A stretch of DNA of 64,000 nt from Mustelus asterias (GCF_964213995.1 NC_135809.1:136834001-136898000); one strand, 5' to 3'. Positions 37,985-51,394 are shown, counted from the first letter of the stretch. Program-made: numbers and translations. Notes: generated by a model not told the origin, from the letters alone.

Positions 37985-38200
37985 AGAGTCATAGAGTCAT
38001 AGAGGTTTACAGCATGGAAACAGGCCCTTCGGCCCAACTTGTCCATGCAGCCCTTTTTTTTTTAAACCCCTAATTCCAATTGCCCGCATTTGGCCCATAT
38101 CCCTCTATACTCATCGTACCCATGTAACTATCTAAATGCTTTTTGAAAGATAAAATTGTACCCGCCTCTACGACTACTTCTGGCAGCTTGTTCCAGGCAA
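37985..38200 (-). mobile_element. CR1 extreme 3' fragment
   Basis: reverse complement of the 31260-31470 type tail. Confidence 0.85.
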
Positions 38201-38589
38201 CTGGTTACCTTAGCAGCAGATAGAGCTAGCTTTTTCTGGAAGAGGCTGCTTAATCTGCAATGAATGTCAGTCTCCTTGCAGAATCATAAGCCTCAATTTG
38301 GAGGGCCTCCACTTAGCAGGAACAGAGAGGTAGTATCTGAAATACAGCCCAGAATTGATTTGCCCTTTGCTATTTTTCTGAAACCTTCACCCTATACCTG
38401 TATCAACCGGGAATCTAGTTATAATCTGGAGCTTAGGGTCTAATGCTTGTTTAAGGACATGGATGCAGTTATGAAGTGTCAATTGATGGAATGTGCACAG
38501 GAAAGCATCCTCCTTGGACACACGTAGCTATGGGGTTGTGGAGATCCAGGAAATAGGCATGTTCCTGGGCTGCCTGGCTGGAAGAATAG

Positions 38590-38885
38590 TTTTTAAAATC
38601 CTTCTTATGGTACGTAGACACTGCCGGCTGGGCCAGCATTTCCCTTGAGGGGGCAGTTAAGAGTCAACCACATTGCTGTGGCCCTGGAGTCACATGTAGG
38701 CCAGACCAAGAAAGGACGACAGATTTCCTTCCTGAAAGGACATTATTGGACAAGATGGGTTTTTCTGACAATCAAATTTGACTATCTGCCATGGTGGGAT
38801 TTGAACCCAGGTCCCCAGAGAATTACCCTGGGTCACTGGATTACTGGCCCAGTGAAAATACCACTGCACCACTGCCTCCACTGCT
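38590..38885 (-). mobile_element. L2/Crack-like LINE 3' fragment
   Basis: agagtcaaccacattgctgtgg..gtaggccagacc, shared with 56272-56630. Confidence 0.65.
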
Positions 38886-41056
38886 TCTGGACAATGTGAA
38901 TTCTGTGTCTCCAGCCCACCCAGCCTATAGGACAAGGTCAGTGTGAAAAATAATCACTTGCTGAGAGTTGAAGGTAAGGCAACACTCATTATTAAGTGAA
39001 GCATCAAAAAACAGGGATGGATGTTTAAGCCTGTTATAACAAACTGTGCGTAATCAACATTGAGTTCAACAACTTCAGATTGTGACTCGTCTCCTCCATC
39101 TTCAACCCCTTTTTTAAAAAAGTCCCTAAAAATGTCTCAATGCAATAACCTTTCTTCCCTCGCCACCCCCACCTCACTCTTCCTGCCCACACCAGGCCAT
39201 CTGTCTCTTGTTCGTAAGGTTGCTACATCTTGTTGCAATCTCTCACAGCTCCAGTTTAATATGCAACACATTGCTCCCTCTCTTTAGTTCAGATGAAGAA
39301 TCAGGCAGCGTTGAAACATTCACTCAGTTTTCTCCCTCCCTGCAGATGCTGCCAGACCTGCTGAGTTTCCCCAGCATTTCCTGTGTGTAAATCTGTGTTC
39401 TGTTGCCATCACAACATGATTCAATTATGGGATGACAATTGAAAGTAATGTGCAAATGGGCTGGAAAGAGTGCAGACAGACCTCACATATGTGGAGAGCT
39501 CAACGAGGGTGGAACAAATGCATTCATATTTGTATGATAAAAATGAACGGTGGAATAAAGACTTTTGCTTTCCTGAAATGGAGATCAAGACATTATGTAA
39601 GCAAGAAATTTATACCACAGTGCCACAGTGATTCACATCCTGTGTTTAAAATAGTGTGAATGAATTGGTATGCATGATCTGATGGATGAATAGCAAGTTG
39701 TGCTTGGATTTGAAAGTGCTACACTGACTAAGAGCTATGGATAAAACGGCTACATCTGTACATCATTCTCTCTCAGCAACTCTCTGTTACAACAAAACAT
39801 TTTCCATTTCCTGTCCTGTGCTGCTTTATCCGACTGCTGCTGGTTCCAGCTAAGGAGACAATCGCAAGACAAAACATTGTTGCTCGCCTAGTTTAATTAA
39901 TCAACTGAAAGGAATTTCTTGGATCAGATTCCCCTGAAATGGAAGGCTATGTATGTGTCATGTAAAGCATAGCGTCTAATGGCAGCTATCATAATATCCA
40001 TGTAATAAAACCATTGTAGTATCGAGGAGCTTGCAGAACAATGATGGCTCTGTCAGTAGCTGGCAAGGTAACCAGGGTCTTGAATTTGTATGCTAATGAG
40101 TCTTTCCAAGCAACAGTAGGCTACATCTGCCAAATCGCACAATTCTCAGCCCACAGCTTTGTTTTTGCTAGACCAGTGAATTCATCAATATGATGAAAAA
40201 CATCGAACAATATGGGAAAATGCTGCACTTACACAGTTTGGCTAGATTTCCCACATGCAGGTCGCCATATTATCACAATGTTGTTGTTGTTCCTGTACCT
40301 TCACACACACACACTGTTCTTTCACTCTTTGGGGAATAGAGGTGGAAGGGTTTCCGAGCGGATTATCAGCCGTTGAACTGAATCGAACGTTTCTTCCATG
40401 GCCAACAAGTCCTGATGTTGGACTCCCATCTGGGGCGTCTGGTCCACTGGCAGGGGTACTACCACGGCACCATGGGGACTCCTTGTCTCCTTGTGGCTGG
40501 TAATATTAATAAACCTTTCATTGTCCCATGAGTTCCCACAGTCCACAAGAATAACCTCTCATAATTCCAAAGAGTAAGAGAAAGAACCCCGAATGTATTA
40601 ATTTTAAGATGTGTGGAGAATAAGCTCTCCTTTGAGATGAATGAGCTCTCCTTTGAGAAAACAATACTCAATCAGGCACAATTCTACCTTCATCTAATTT
40701 GGCTCCGTGTGTGTCAAAGTCCAAATCCTCATGAATGGTTCATTCTCAAACATGGTGATTGTGAAAACCCTTCACTTTGTGAGCAAGCCACCTGATACCT
40801 CAGCAAGTCCCAGCTCCTGTGTCATGTGTTGGGAGCAGCCCCAGTGGATGACACCATTAAATCTTGTCTGCCTCACATGAATGTTTATGCTGCAGCTATA
40901 GAAACTTCTGGACAACTGAACCTACCGCCACCTGACTCGGAAGTGAGACTAGTAAAACTGAACAAAGTCTGTTACTAAACCGATCAATGAGGTAAAAACC
41001 TGCCTGTGAAATACAATGCTATCTGAGTCACCTGATGTCTGCTCTTTGTAACTTTG

Positions 41057-41245
41057 ATGTGGAGATGCCGGCGTTGGACTGGGGTAAACACAGTAAGAAG
41101 TTTAACAACACCAGGTTAAAGTCCAACAGGTTTCCAACAGGACTCACTCACCTGAAGAAGGGGCTTGGAACTCTGAAAGCTTGTGTGGCTTTTGCTACCA
41201 AATAAACCTGTTGGACTTTAACCTGGTGTTGTTAAACTTCTTACC
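41057..41245. mobile_element. fold-back PLE miniature with a degenerate hammerhead (41149-41185)
   Basis: inverted PLE 3' arms; TSD TTGTAACTTTG at 41046-41056 / 41246-41256. Confidence 0.88.
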
Positions 41246-41519
41246 TTGTAACTTTGGCAGATATCATCCTGGCAGAGACTCTACTTGCCAATTGAAGCAT
41301 TATGGACATATAGGATTACAGGTCTAAACATTATGCTGCATGTTCCTTCAGAAAGGCCCCAATTTAACTGTTACTGCATCGCAGAAAGTATGCAGGATTG
41401 ATATCAATTGTCTCTCTGCAGATGTGGGTGAAAATGGAAGGGTACAAAGTGCATCTAAAGCAGCTTCACCTGCCTGACACCTCTCCATGAACCCTCTTTC
41501 TCTTCCAAGGTTATTAGAT

Positions 41520-42305
41520 AGAAAGAAAGACTTCCATTTATATTTATAGAGTGTATTGATGACCACCGCATGGTCGCAAAATGCTTTACAACAAATTAAA
41601 TCATTTTGAAGCGTAGTATTGTTGTAATGTACGAAACATGACGGCCAATTAGCACACAGCAAACTCCCAGATAGAGCGATGCGATAATGCCTGGGTGATC
41701 TGTTTCATGTGATTTTGACTGAGGCTGGGACACTGAGGAGAATGTCCCCTCCACCCACCCTCCTCCCCCCCCCCCAACTCTTCATAGAATCATAGAAACC
41801 CCAGAAGGCAGAAGAAGGCCATTCGGCCCATTGAGTCTGCACTGACTCTCTGACAGAGCATCTTACTCAAGCCTGCCCCCTGCCCTATCCCCGTAACACC
41901 ACACATTTACCCCACTAATCCCCCAATCCTACACACCATGGGACACTAAGGGGCAATTTATCATGGCTAATCCATCTAACCTACACATCTTGGACTGAGA
42001 GAGGAAACCGAAGCACCCGTAGGAAACACATGCAGACATGGGGAGAATGTGCAAACTCCACACAGTCAGCTGAGGCCGGAACTGAACCTGGGTCTCTGGC
42101 GTGTTGAAGCAGCAGTGCTAATCACTCTTCTTCAACGTGGTGCCATAGAATCTTTCATATCCACCCGAGAGGCAGATGGGGGCCACAGGTTAACATTTCA
42201 TCCAATTGATAGCACCTGTGACAGCCTTGCTTTTTGTGCTCAGGCGCTGGAGCAGGTCTTGAACCTCGGACCTTGGGATTCAGAGGTAAGTGCGCTACCA
42301 ATTAA
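41520..42305 (-). mobile_element. Deu-domain SINE interrupted by an HE1 SINE (41783-42125)
   Basis: reverse-complement similarity to 34020-34430; actcttc flanks the HE1 copy. Confidence 0.7.
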
Positions 42306-42618
42306 ACCCTGGCAGACATAATTACGATGAAGATAATTACTATTGGTACCTGATCAATGGCCAGAGCCGCCTGATTGGCTACATCTGCCTTGCTGCCACC
42401 AACTAAATCAACAGACTTGGCAGACCCGAGCTGGCATTGGGAGCCTGTCTGCCCAGGATGTGGGCCAGTCGAGAGATAGATGGAAAACAAAGTTCTGGCA
42501 CATGTACGGACAATGATGGTCAGCTATGACCTCTATCCCGACAGGTGTGCTACATCTCGAGTCATGAGGACAGCAGTGTAGAATGACACAGAGAACATGC
42601 ACTGTCACTTCCACCTCA

Positions 42619-42749
42619 TGATGTGGCGATGCCGGCGTTGGACTGGGGTAAACACAGTAAGAAGTTTAAAAACACCAGGTTAAAGTCCATTGCTACCAAA
42701 TAAACCTGTTGGACTTTAACCTGGTGTTGTTAAACTTCTTACTGAGTTT
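42619..42749. mobile_element. 131-bp fold-back PLE miniature without a hammerhead
   Basis: inverted arms; TSD ACTTCCACCTCA at 42607-42618 / 42750-42761. Confidence 0.88.
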
Positions 42750-43855
42750 ACTTCCACCTCAAGCAGCCGTTAAAAATAGGCCTGTGCTGGTACCTGCCCG
42801 CAGATGTACGCCTGAACTGTAAGTTCCCTTTCTCTTCACTTTTAGCTGTTACTTCCCTTTGAAAAGCTGCTCGTGAGGTGTGATCTCCAGGGAGTCCCTC
42901 TGAAGCCTTCCTGATATTCGTCACCTTAATTGTAACATTTCCATTAATTGTCCACATCTTTATAAAATTAACTTGCAGGTGAATTCCCCCTCCCACCACT
43001 TGTATCCCACTGCCTCCTCACTCCCCCCCCCCGAAAAAATAAACACCTGAGTCTACAGCTGGTACTATGAATAATTATACAAATGAGCTTACGCTGGAGA
43101 ATTGAGTGTCATTTATGCTTAATCTTTTAGGCAGGATTTGCACCAGAGATTAACTATTGGAACGTGATTTACATCTGAAATAAAAATAAGCCCTGACCTC
43201 TGGAGATAGAAATTTCCTGGCCTGGAAAAAGATTTTTTTTCCCTGTCAACACTAGGAGTTTAATTAAGTTCAACACTCATTTCACTATTTAGTGTTTTCT
43301 TTTCCCACATAAATTGCTGTAGGTACAGGCTGGTGTGGAAGCTTTTTAGCCTGTGGTATAATCTTAAAACAGAATGGATCGTCATTGAAAGCTGGAATTT
43401 ATACCTAATTGCTCACTTATTTAGATTTTGCAGGCAGCAATACTTCCACAAAAAGCACATTTACGCTGATATTTAAGGGTCAATTTAATTAAGTTCTGAA
43501 TTATCAACAGGAGAATTAAAAATTAATTTAACAAGAGCATTTTAGGATTATTCAGTTTATGAATAATAACTATTGCAATAAAAAGCTTGTGCTTCCCTCT
43601 AATCATTATCCTTGAAAATAAACCACCTTTATGAAAAAGTGTTTGACAAATCATTTGAGAAGATTCAAATTCCCACCTTCTTCAATCGTGGGAATTATCT
43701 AAAAATCAGAGTAATAATGTTTCTGAATGTGATTTCTGTAATCCCATTGTGCATTTGCAGGCAAATTGATCAAGATTTGCCAAATCATTTCAGGAAGGGC
43801 TGTACTTACAGATAACTTGTAGTTCAGCCCTATTATTTTCTAGGCACAATGCTAG

Positions 43856-44154
43856 TTGCCGTACTCCCGGATGACCATGGTCTCCTCTCCACCTTGAGGG
43901 GGAGAGCTGACTGATGGTGATTTAACCCTACGGTCACCACACCACAGGCAAGGGGCGAGATTGAGAAGGTGGAGCCTTCATGAAAAATCTTAGCTGATAC
44001 GGGAACTGAAGCTGCGCTGTTGCCGTTGCTTTGTATCATTAATCAGCCACCCAGCCAACTGAGCTAAACCAACCCCCATTGCCGCAAGCACAATGTTCGA
44101 TAAAGTCACTATAGTTCCAGGTGACCATTGTTGCTCTCCTCTCTGAAGGGGAGA
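43856..44154 (-). mobile_element. tRNA-derived SINE plus a second 3'-end fragment
   Basis: head gggggttggtttagctcagttgg at about 44077; its 3' part recurs at 44103-44154. Confidence 0.65.
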
Positions 44155-44499
44155 GCACAATGTTAGTCACCATCTCGAAACAAATATTAAACACATGGAG
44201 ATTGTGAACAAAGAGGCAGTACGTAGAGGCTGATGAAACAGCAAGAACAAAACGTACTGACTATTCATTCTTGCAGCATTCACATTACTCTGCTGGTCTT
44301 CAGATTTTATATAGGTCAAGAATCTAAAAGAAAACTTGAAAGATGTGATCAATTATATAAGGCAATTTTCATTTCACGCTACGACATATGGGAAGATGTG
44401 TGTTCATTTCCTTTACTTAACTAAACTCCTTATCAAACTGGCTGCTCCACATCAGACTGGGAAAAGATGACAGACTGTTGTTCAAACTGTTGCTGATGT

Positions 44500-45310
44500 T
44501 TAGAGAACATACAGTCAAGTGGTTAATAAAGCAAACAGCATCATATGTTTATGAATAGGGGGATGAATAGGGGGATGAATAGGGGAATAGGTTTATGAAC
44601 AAGAGCAAGGAGGGTGTGTTAAATTTATTTAAACTTCTGGTCTGGCCTCAGCTGGTGTGGTGTGTCCAGTTATGGGCTCCACACTTTCAGAAAGATGTGG
44701 AGACATTGGGGACAGTGCAGAATAGATTCACAACAATGGTTCCAGGGATGAGGAACCTCAGCTATGTGGATAGATTGGAGATGTTGGGACTGTTTCCCTT
44801 GAAGAAGAGAAGGTTGAGAGGTCAACCGGGATATTGGGTTCATGTCACACTATTTGTAACCCCCACAGAGTTTCACTGGCTTGGCTGTCTTGTCTGGAGA
44901 CAATACACATCTTTTTAGCCTGTCTTGATGTTCTCTCCACTCACGTTGTTTTGTTTCTTAAAGACTTGATTAGTTGTAAGTATTCGCATTCCAACCATTA
45001 TTCATGTAAATTGAGTTTGTGTCTTTATATGCTCTGTTTGTGAACAGAATTTCCACTCACCTGAAGAAGGGGCTCGGAGCTCCGAAAGCTTGTGTGGCTT
45101 TTGCTCCCAAATAAACCTGTTGGACTTTAACCTGGTGTTTTTAAACTTCTTAGAAGGATCTTGAACCAGAGGGCACAAATTTAAGGTAATTGGCAAAAGA
45201 AGCAATGGAGTCACAAGGAAAAAACATTTCACACAGCGTTCGGGTCTGGAATTCATTGCCGGCGAGTGTGGTGGAGGCAGATTCAATTGAGGCCTTAAGA
45301 GGGGATTATG
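44500..45310 (+). mobile_element. old CR1 3' fragment containing a PLE 3' fragment (44822-45151) with hammerhead motif 45058-45094
   Basis: ORF 44595 CVQLWAPHFQKD; cac-CTGAAGA-aggggctcggagctcc-GAAA-GCTT-gtg. Confidence 0.85.
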
Positions 45311-45875
45311 TTCTATTAATTATATTCTATAATTACGTTATACACCTGGCAATATTTTGCCCACGCATTTAACCTGTCCTCTTTTTATCCTTTTCACAAG
45401 CTATGGGGTCGGAATTAGTCTCGAGTGGTGATGGAAAGAGTGGTGACATTGGACTAGCTCCCCATAATACAGTGCAGGAAGTAGAATTAAATATCCCGCA
45501 TTGTATAGATCAGCCAGTCGATTGATACTGCCCATTCTGCAGAACCGTCATAGTTGAATTTCTCCCCATGTATTTCCAGTTTCATATAATTGTGGCCAAT
45601 TTACCCTCAATGCCAATCACAAAGAATGCCAGTCACAGAAATGGGGACGAGTAGACTTAAAGAACCAAAAACAGAAAAGATTGCAGAGTCCTAACTCATC
45701 CATCAATTTTGGATCTTTTTTTTGCTTTTTCTTCAGTTCCTGCCATCTGCTTTGCCATCTGCCAACACTGATGAGTTATTTCACAGGGAAGTCAGGAGAG
45801 CATCCAATAAAGGCAGTGCATTAATGATGGGGACTTTTCACTGCCCAGATAGGGAATTTCAACTACCTCGATATT

Positions 45876-46057
45876 GGCCGGAATTCTCCGACCTTGCCTG
45901 CGGCTGGGATTCACCGATTCCACCGCGGTGAATGGAGATTTGGCTGAATACCAGATTTTTTTTTATTCCTTCGTGGGACATGGGCGTCGCTGTCTGGCAA
46001 ATTCTCCATTCTCACTGGCAGCAGTAGGAGGGTGAAGAAGATTGGAGAATTACGGCC
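45876..46057. mobile_element. MITE (same family as 7313-7448) carrying an about 45-bp LINE-tail insert
   Basis: TIR GGCCGGAATTCTCC / GGAGAATTACGGCC; ATT on both flanks. Confidence 0.8.
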
Positions 46058-46950
46058 ATTAGATAGCATATGGACACTGACAGGAATAAAAGAAATGTTT
46101 GGAATCACTCGTGCAATATTACACTGAATAACCTGTTGTCGAGATGTTCAGTATTGAGGCTACGCTGGACCAAGTAAGTTTTGGGAGAAATGTCTTTACG
46201 CTGAGAATAATTCAAATGAGGAGCCAGCTACCACAAGGATAGTTGAAGCGAATAGAATAAATGCCTTTAAACTCAAGTTAATACATGAGAAAGAAGGGGA
46301 TTAGAAGGTTGTGCTGATAGAGTTCGATGAAGAATGGTAGGAGAAAGCTCCCATAGAGCATAGACATCATAAAAGTCCAGTTGGGCAGATTGTGTGAATC
46401 TGTGTAGTTCAATCTGTGTTAATCTTCGAAATCCAGCTCAATAACAAGGACATTTCGGCAAGAGGAGGGCAGGAGTGGAGCCAAGGAACAGCAAATATTA
46501 GAGTCATAAATTCTCAATAAGGAATGGCAAATGGTAACAGTGGCCAGAATTTAATAGTGCCAGTGGACCTGTGCACCAGCCAATGGAAAACCCTGCTACG
46601 ACCATTCCAGCTCCCTGCTGGCTGCCAACGGGGGGTTCTGGGCTCCTGCAGGGGGAGTTTCATGCCAGACTTTCTGGTGCAGAGTGGGTGTCCCAGCTCC
46701 AGTACTGACTCCACCGCTAGGAGTCAGTGCTGCAGTCGGCCCAAGCCTGAAGGTTGTCGCTTAAGTCTTGGAACTCAGGTAGGTGGGGTGGGATTGTCAG
46801 GGAGGATCTGGCAAGGAAATTCATTGTTAAAGATAGGAGAAGGGGTTTCTTTCCCTGGGTCATTCTCCTGCCACCAGCCCCTTTCTTTAGGGAACAGGAT
46901 AGCTGACAAGGAGGCTCCCCATACCTCCCACCAGGCCACATTGTTTATCC

Positions 46951-47229
46951 TAGAATCATAGAATCCCGACACTGCAGAAGAGGCCATTCAGCCCATCAGG
47001 TCTGCACCGACTTTCTGCCAGAGTATTTTTCCCATGGCTAATACATCTAACCTACACATCTTTGGACACTAAGGGAAACCTTTGGAGTGTGGGATGAAAC
47101 CGGAAGATCCCCACGCAGACACGGGGAGAATATACAAACTCCACACAGACAGTAACCCAATGCTGGAATTGAACCCGGGTCTCTGGTGTTGTAAGGCCGC
47201 AGTGCTAACCACTGTGTCACCATACCACC
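46951..47229 (-). mobile_element. HE1-type V-SINE (internally deleted)
   Basis: V-core and tail. Confidence 0.8.
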
Positions 47230-47744
47230 TGTTGGATTGCCGATATGGTCCTCTCCTGCCAATGCTTGAATACTAACAGTGATGAGGTGAGGCCCTTGAA
47301 TGGCCTCAACTAGCCTCCAAAGACCTTTGACTTTTCCACCTCAGAATTAGGTAGGAAGTGTCTGGAAGATGACAGGGTTTCCGCTTGGCACTTTCTGCCC
47401 AATTATACAGTCCCACCCTTAACCCACTGTCTCCCTGCCTGCGCCAGTGGGAAGCATTAAATTCCATCCAATATTCGGTCTTTACACTTTGGGCAGGCAG
47501 ATTCTCAGATTGTGCACAAGGCAAAAATGACAATGGGTTAGTAACAATAAAGCAAGGGGATTGTTGGGATTATGTGAAAGCTAACTGAATGTGACCTTGT
47601 GCTCTATAGCTAGGCGACTGCGAGCAAGAATAATGGGAAATTAAGGTCAGTCTGGATAACTAGGAATTAATGGTTTTTAATAAAGGATTAATATTTGAAT
47701 AATGCAATTTATCCGCAATAGATGCGAATGAGAGCAAGCTTATT

Positions 47745-47894
47745 AAGTTTTTTTAAAGTATATTTATTAGTGTCAGAAGTAGGCTTACAAATTCACATTG
47801 CAATGAAGTTACTGTGAAAATTCCCTATTCGCCACGCTCCGGCGCCTGTTCGGGTACACTGAGGGAAAATTTAGCACGGCCAATGCACCGAACC
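47745..47894 (-). mobile_element. type-2 SINE tail fragment
   Basis: gtaggcttaca..gcaatgaagttactgtgaaaat..ggcgcctgttcgggtac. Confidence 0.8.
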
Positions 47895-48419
47895 ACATGG
47901 AAAACTTACAAAATGCACAAGGATTCTTAAATAAAATAACAGACAAATGAGTAAAATTATAGCAGAAATGAATGGAAATAAATGTTCTTGACTGCCTGCA
48001 TACCCGGAAAAAAAGGGAGGAATGCCACAGGAAGGATTGCTGACTTTTAACAAGGTTATTCATAATGTTGAACACAGCAGGAAAAGTGTGGACACCCAAT
48101 TAAGAAGAATATTAAAGCATCATTACAGCATAGATTGATGAGAATGATGCTTATAATGGAAAAGACATGGAGGTGTTGGGATATTTTCATGAGAATAAAA
48201 GCTGAGGGGATAGGAGAGAGTTTTTAACAATGAACTATGGAGAGAATCTACAAAGACAATTTCCGATGCTTGTGATGAGGGATCAACAAATTAAACCTGA
48301 CACAGAGAGAAGTGAGGAGCTGGGAGAAATGTCATTAAACAGAATCGCTGGTGCATTGAATGTTTCACCAAAGGGTTTGGCAGATTGTAACTTTTGAAGG
48401 AAAAGCAGATAAATAGCTT

Positions 48420-50280
48420 TTGATTTGATTTGATTTATTATTGTCATATTGTCATATGTATTACATAGAACAGTACAGCACAGAACAGGCCCTTTGGCCC
48501 ACGATGTTGTGCCGGGCTTTATCTGAAACCAAGATCAAACTATCCCACTCCCTATCATCCTGGTGTGTTCCATGTGCCTATCCAATAACCGCTTAAAATG
48601 TTCCTAAAGTGTCTGATTCCACTATCACTGCAGGCAGTCCATTCCACACCCCAACCACTCTCTGCGTAAAGAACCTACCTCTGATATCCTTCCTATATCT
48701 CCCACCATGAACCCTATAGCTATGCCCCCTTGTAATAGCTCCATCCACCCGAGGAAATAGTCTTTGAACGTTCACTCTATCTATCCCCTTCATCATTTTA
48801 TAAACCTCTATTAAGTCTCCCCTCAGCCTCCTCCGCTCCAGAGAGAACAGCCCTAGCTCCCTCAACCTTTCCTCATAAGACCTACCCTCCAAACCAGGCA
48901 GCATCCTGGTAAATCTCCTCTGCACTCTTTCCAGCGCTTCCACATCCTTCTTATAGTGAGGTGACCAGAACTACACACAATATTCCTGTATTGGTATTGG
49001 TATTGGTATACAGTGGTATACAGTGCGCACTATACAGATAAAGCATAACATTCATAGAGTCCATAGGGGAGAAGGAAAGGAGAGGGTGCAGAAAATAGGG
49101 GGGAATTTTACCATTTTGAGTCTAAGTGCCGAATCCGGGCGTCAAATAGATCCGCGCCTGGAATCCTCTTTCCAGCGCGCCCATACGCGTTTTGCCAGCT
49201 CCGGCCCAATCTGCGCTGTGGGCGGGGCTTAGCGCTGGCGGACCGATCGGAGCTCTGAACTGCGCATGCACAATTCGGAAAAAATCTGACAGAGCGCGCC
49301 CGAGCGCGAAAGAAAAAGCAGAAAGCAGGGGGTGTGACGTCTCATCCTCTGGTCGGGGGGGTTCCGCTGCTTGTCTGCGGCCGATCCCTCCTGGCACCAT
49401 CACTGGTTCACTACCAGCCACAGCCATCTCTCCCGCTCTCTCGCACCTGCAGGGAAGAGTAATCTGTGGCTGGTAGTGAACCAGTGATGGTGCCGGGAGG
49501 GATCGGCCGCAGACAGGCAGCGGAACCCCCCGACCAGGGGATGATCGGTCACACCCCCTCCCCTCCCACCCCCCCCCCCCCCCCCCCCTCCAGAGGATGA
49601 GACGTCACACCCCCTCTCCTCCCACCCCCCCCAGGGGATGATTGGTCACACACCCCCACCCCTCCACCCCCCCACCCCACCCCCCCAGGGGATGAGACGT
49701 CACACCCCCTCTCCTCCCACCCTCCTCCCGCCCCGACCCGAGGATGACCTGGGTCAGAGAGCCGTTGCAGTCTCTGACTCCGCTCTTCGGAGGCTGCAGC
49801 GGCGACTTCAGACTTTTATTTTGCAGGTCGGTAACAGCGCGGACGCGGATTGGGCCAGAAGACGGTAAAGTGGGATTTGGCGGGAGAGCTGGGCGCGCGG
49901 TTCATTAAGTCGATTTAAATGCCCGAATCGGGTGTCGATAAAGCCGCGATCTGCTCGAAATCGGGTGCAGATCGCGGTATCGGCCCGACGCCCAACTTTA
50001 CCAAAAACGGGCGCGAAGTTTTGGTAAAATCAGGCCCATAGTGTTACAGTCATAGCTAGTATGTAGAGAAAGATCAGTTGAATCCATGTCTGGTTCATTC
50101 AAAAGTCTGATGGCAGCAGGGAAGAAACTGTTCTTGAGTCGGTTGGTACGTGACCTCAGATTTTTGCATCTTTTTCCCAATGGAAGAAGGTGGAAGAGAG
50201 AATAACTGAGGTGCGTGGGGTCCTTGATTATGCTGGCTGCTTTTCCGAGGCAGCGGGAAGTGGAGATAGAGTCAATGGAT
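48420..50280 (-). mobile_element. Rex1/Babar 3' fragment with nested young CR1 (48463-48986) and a DNA element (49098-50037)
   Basis: (TTTGA)n tail; ORF 49998..50390 RTNRLKNSFFPAAIRLLN; CR1 TSD TGTATT. Confidence 0.88.
49098..50037. mobile_element. 940-bp non-autonomous DNA transposon (PIF/Harbinger-like)
   Basis: GGG..attttacca / tggtaaaat..CCC ends, 3-bp TSD ATA; host Rex1 sequence rejoins when the element is removed. Confidence 0.75.
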
Positions 50281-50446
50281 CTGAAACAAATGATGTGCAG
50301 GGTAATGGGGAAAAGGTGAGATAACAGGATTACTGTAGCAAAATATGGTATTGACATGACTTGACAAGTGAATTCCTTCCGTGCCATCAACTAATGTGCT
50401 TTGATGGCACAGCCATGTCTGCCAAAAATGCAAAGTTTCAGAACAT

Positions 50447-50789
50447 GGGGCGGCACGGTAGCACAGTGGTTAGCACTGCTGCTTCACAGCTTCAGAGACC
50501 TGGGTTCGATTCCCGGCTTGGGTCACTGTCTGTGTGGAGTTTGCACATTTTCCTCGTGTCTGCGTGGGTTTCCTCCAGGTGCTCCGGTTTCCTCCCACAG
50601 TCCAAAGATGTGCGGGTTAGGTTGATTGGCCATGCTAAAATTGCCCCTTAGTGTCCTGAGATGCGTAGGGTAGAGGGATTAGCGGGTAAATGTGTTGGGA
50701 TATGGGGGTAGGGCCTGGGTGGGATTGTGGTCGGTGCAGACTCGATGAGCCACATGGCCTCTTTCTGCACTGTAGAGTTTCTATTCTAT
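50447..50789 (+). mobile_element. full-length HE1-type V-SINE
   Basis: TSD GAACAT at 50441-50446 / 50790-50795. Confidence 0.93.
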
Positions 50790-51394
50790 GAACATCATTG
50801 AAGTTTCTCCAGCAGCATTGTATAGATTGTAACCAGAAATATTACAGTCACAGTGGGGAAGATAACAGTCCTCCAGATGGACTTCACATGGCAGAAGGTT
50901 TGCAGGTCCCATTATAGAGCCAAATAAAAATGTTTAATATATTTACCAGATGTGCATTGTAATGAACCCTCGGGATAGCCAGTGATTAACACAGAATGTC
51001 TTACACATCCAGATTGTACAAATTCATGTAATTACATCCAGAATGGGTTCCACTTTGAGGTATGGGTTTCCCCGTAAATTCTCTTGGCAAGCTGAATTGG
51101 TTAAACATACTTGTCAAACATTCCTTCTCTTTTACAAAAGAATATTTCGCATCGGAAGAGAGAGAGAAAAAAAACCCACAAAAGAAGGCTGCTGCCAAAC
51201 TTCAGTCCAGTCAGTCCCTTTGAAGAGATATCCCAAAGGAACTAAAGATAGGATGACCAATACGGAAACAGTGAATAGATAAGCAGAAGACATGGCTCCA
51301 GCAGCGTGCCCTTCTTTTTCTCTTACACGGCATTCACTTGTACTCTGGAAGCAGATCATCCCACATGCACAACTGTAGGGTGGTCATTCAATAG

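Noticed and set aside
49539-49750. Repeat-spacer pattern resembling a CRISPR array
   Set aside because: The spacers are low-complexity poly-C, the DNA is vertebrate and no cas genes are present; it is a minisatellite inside a transposon.
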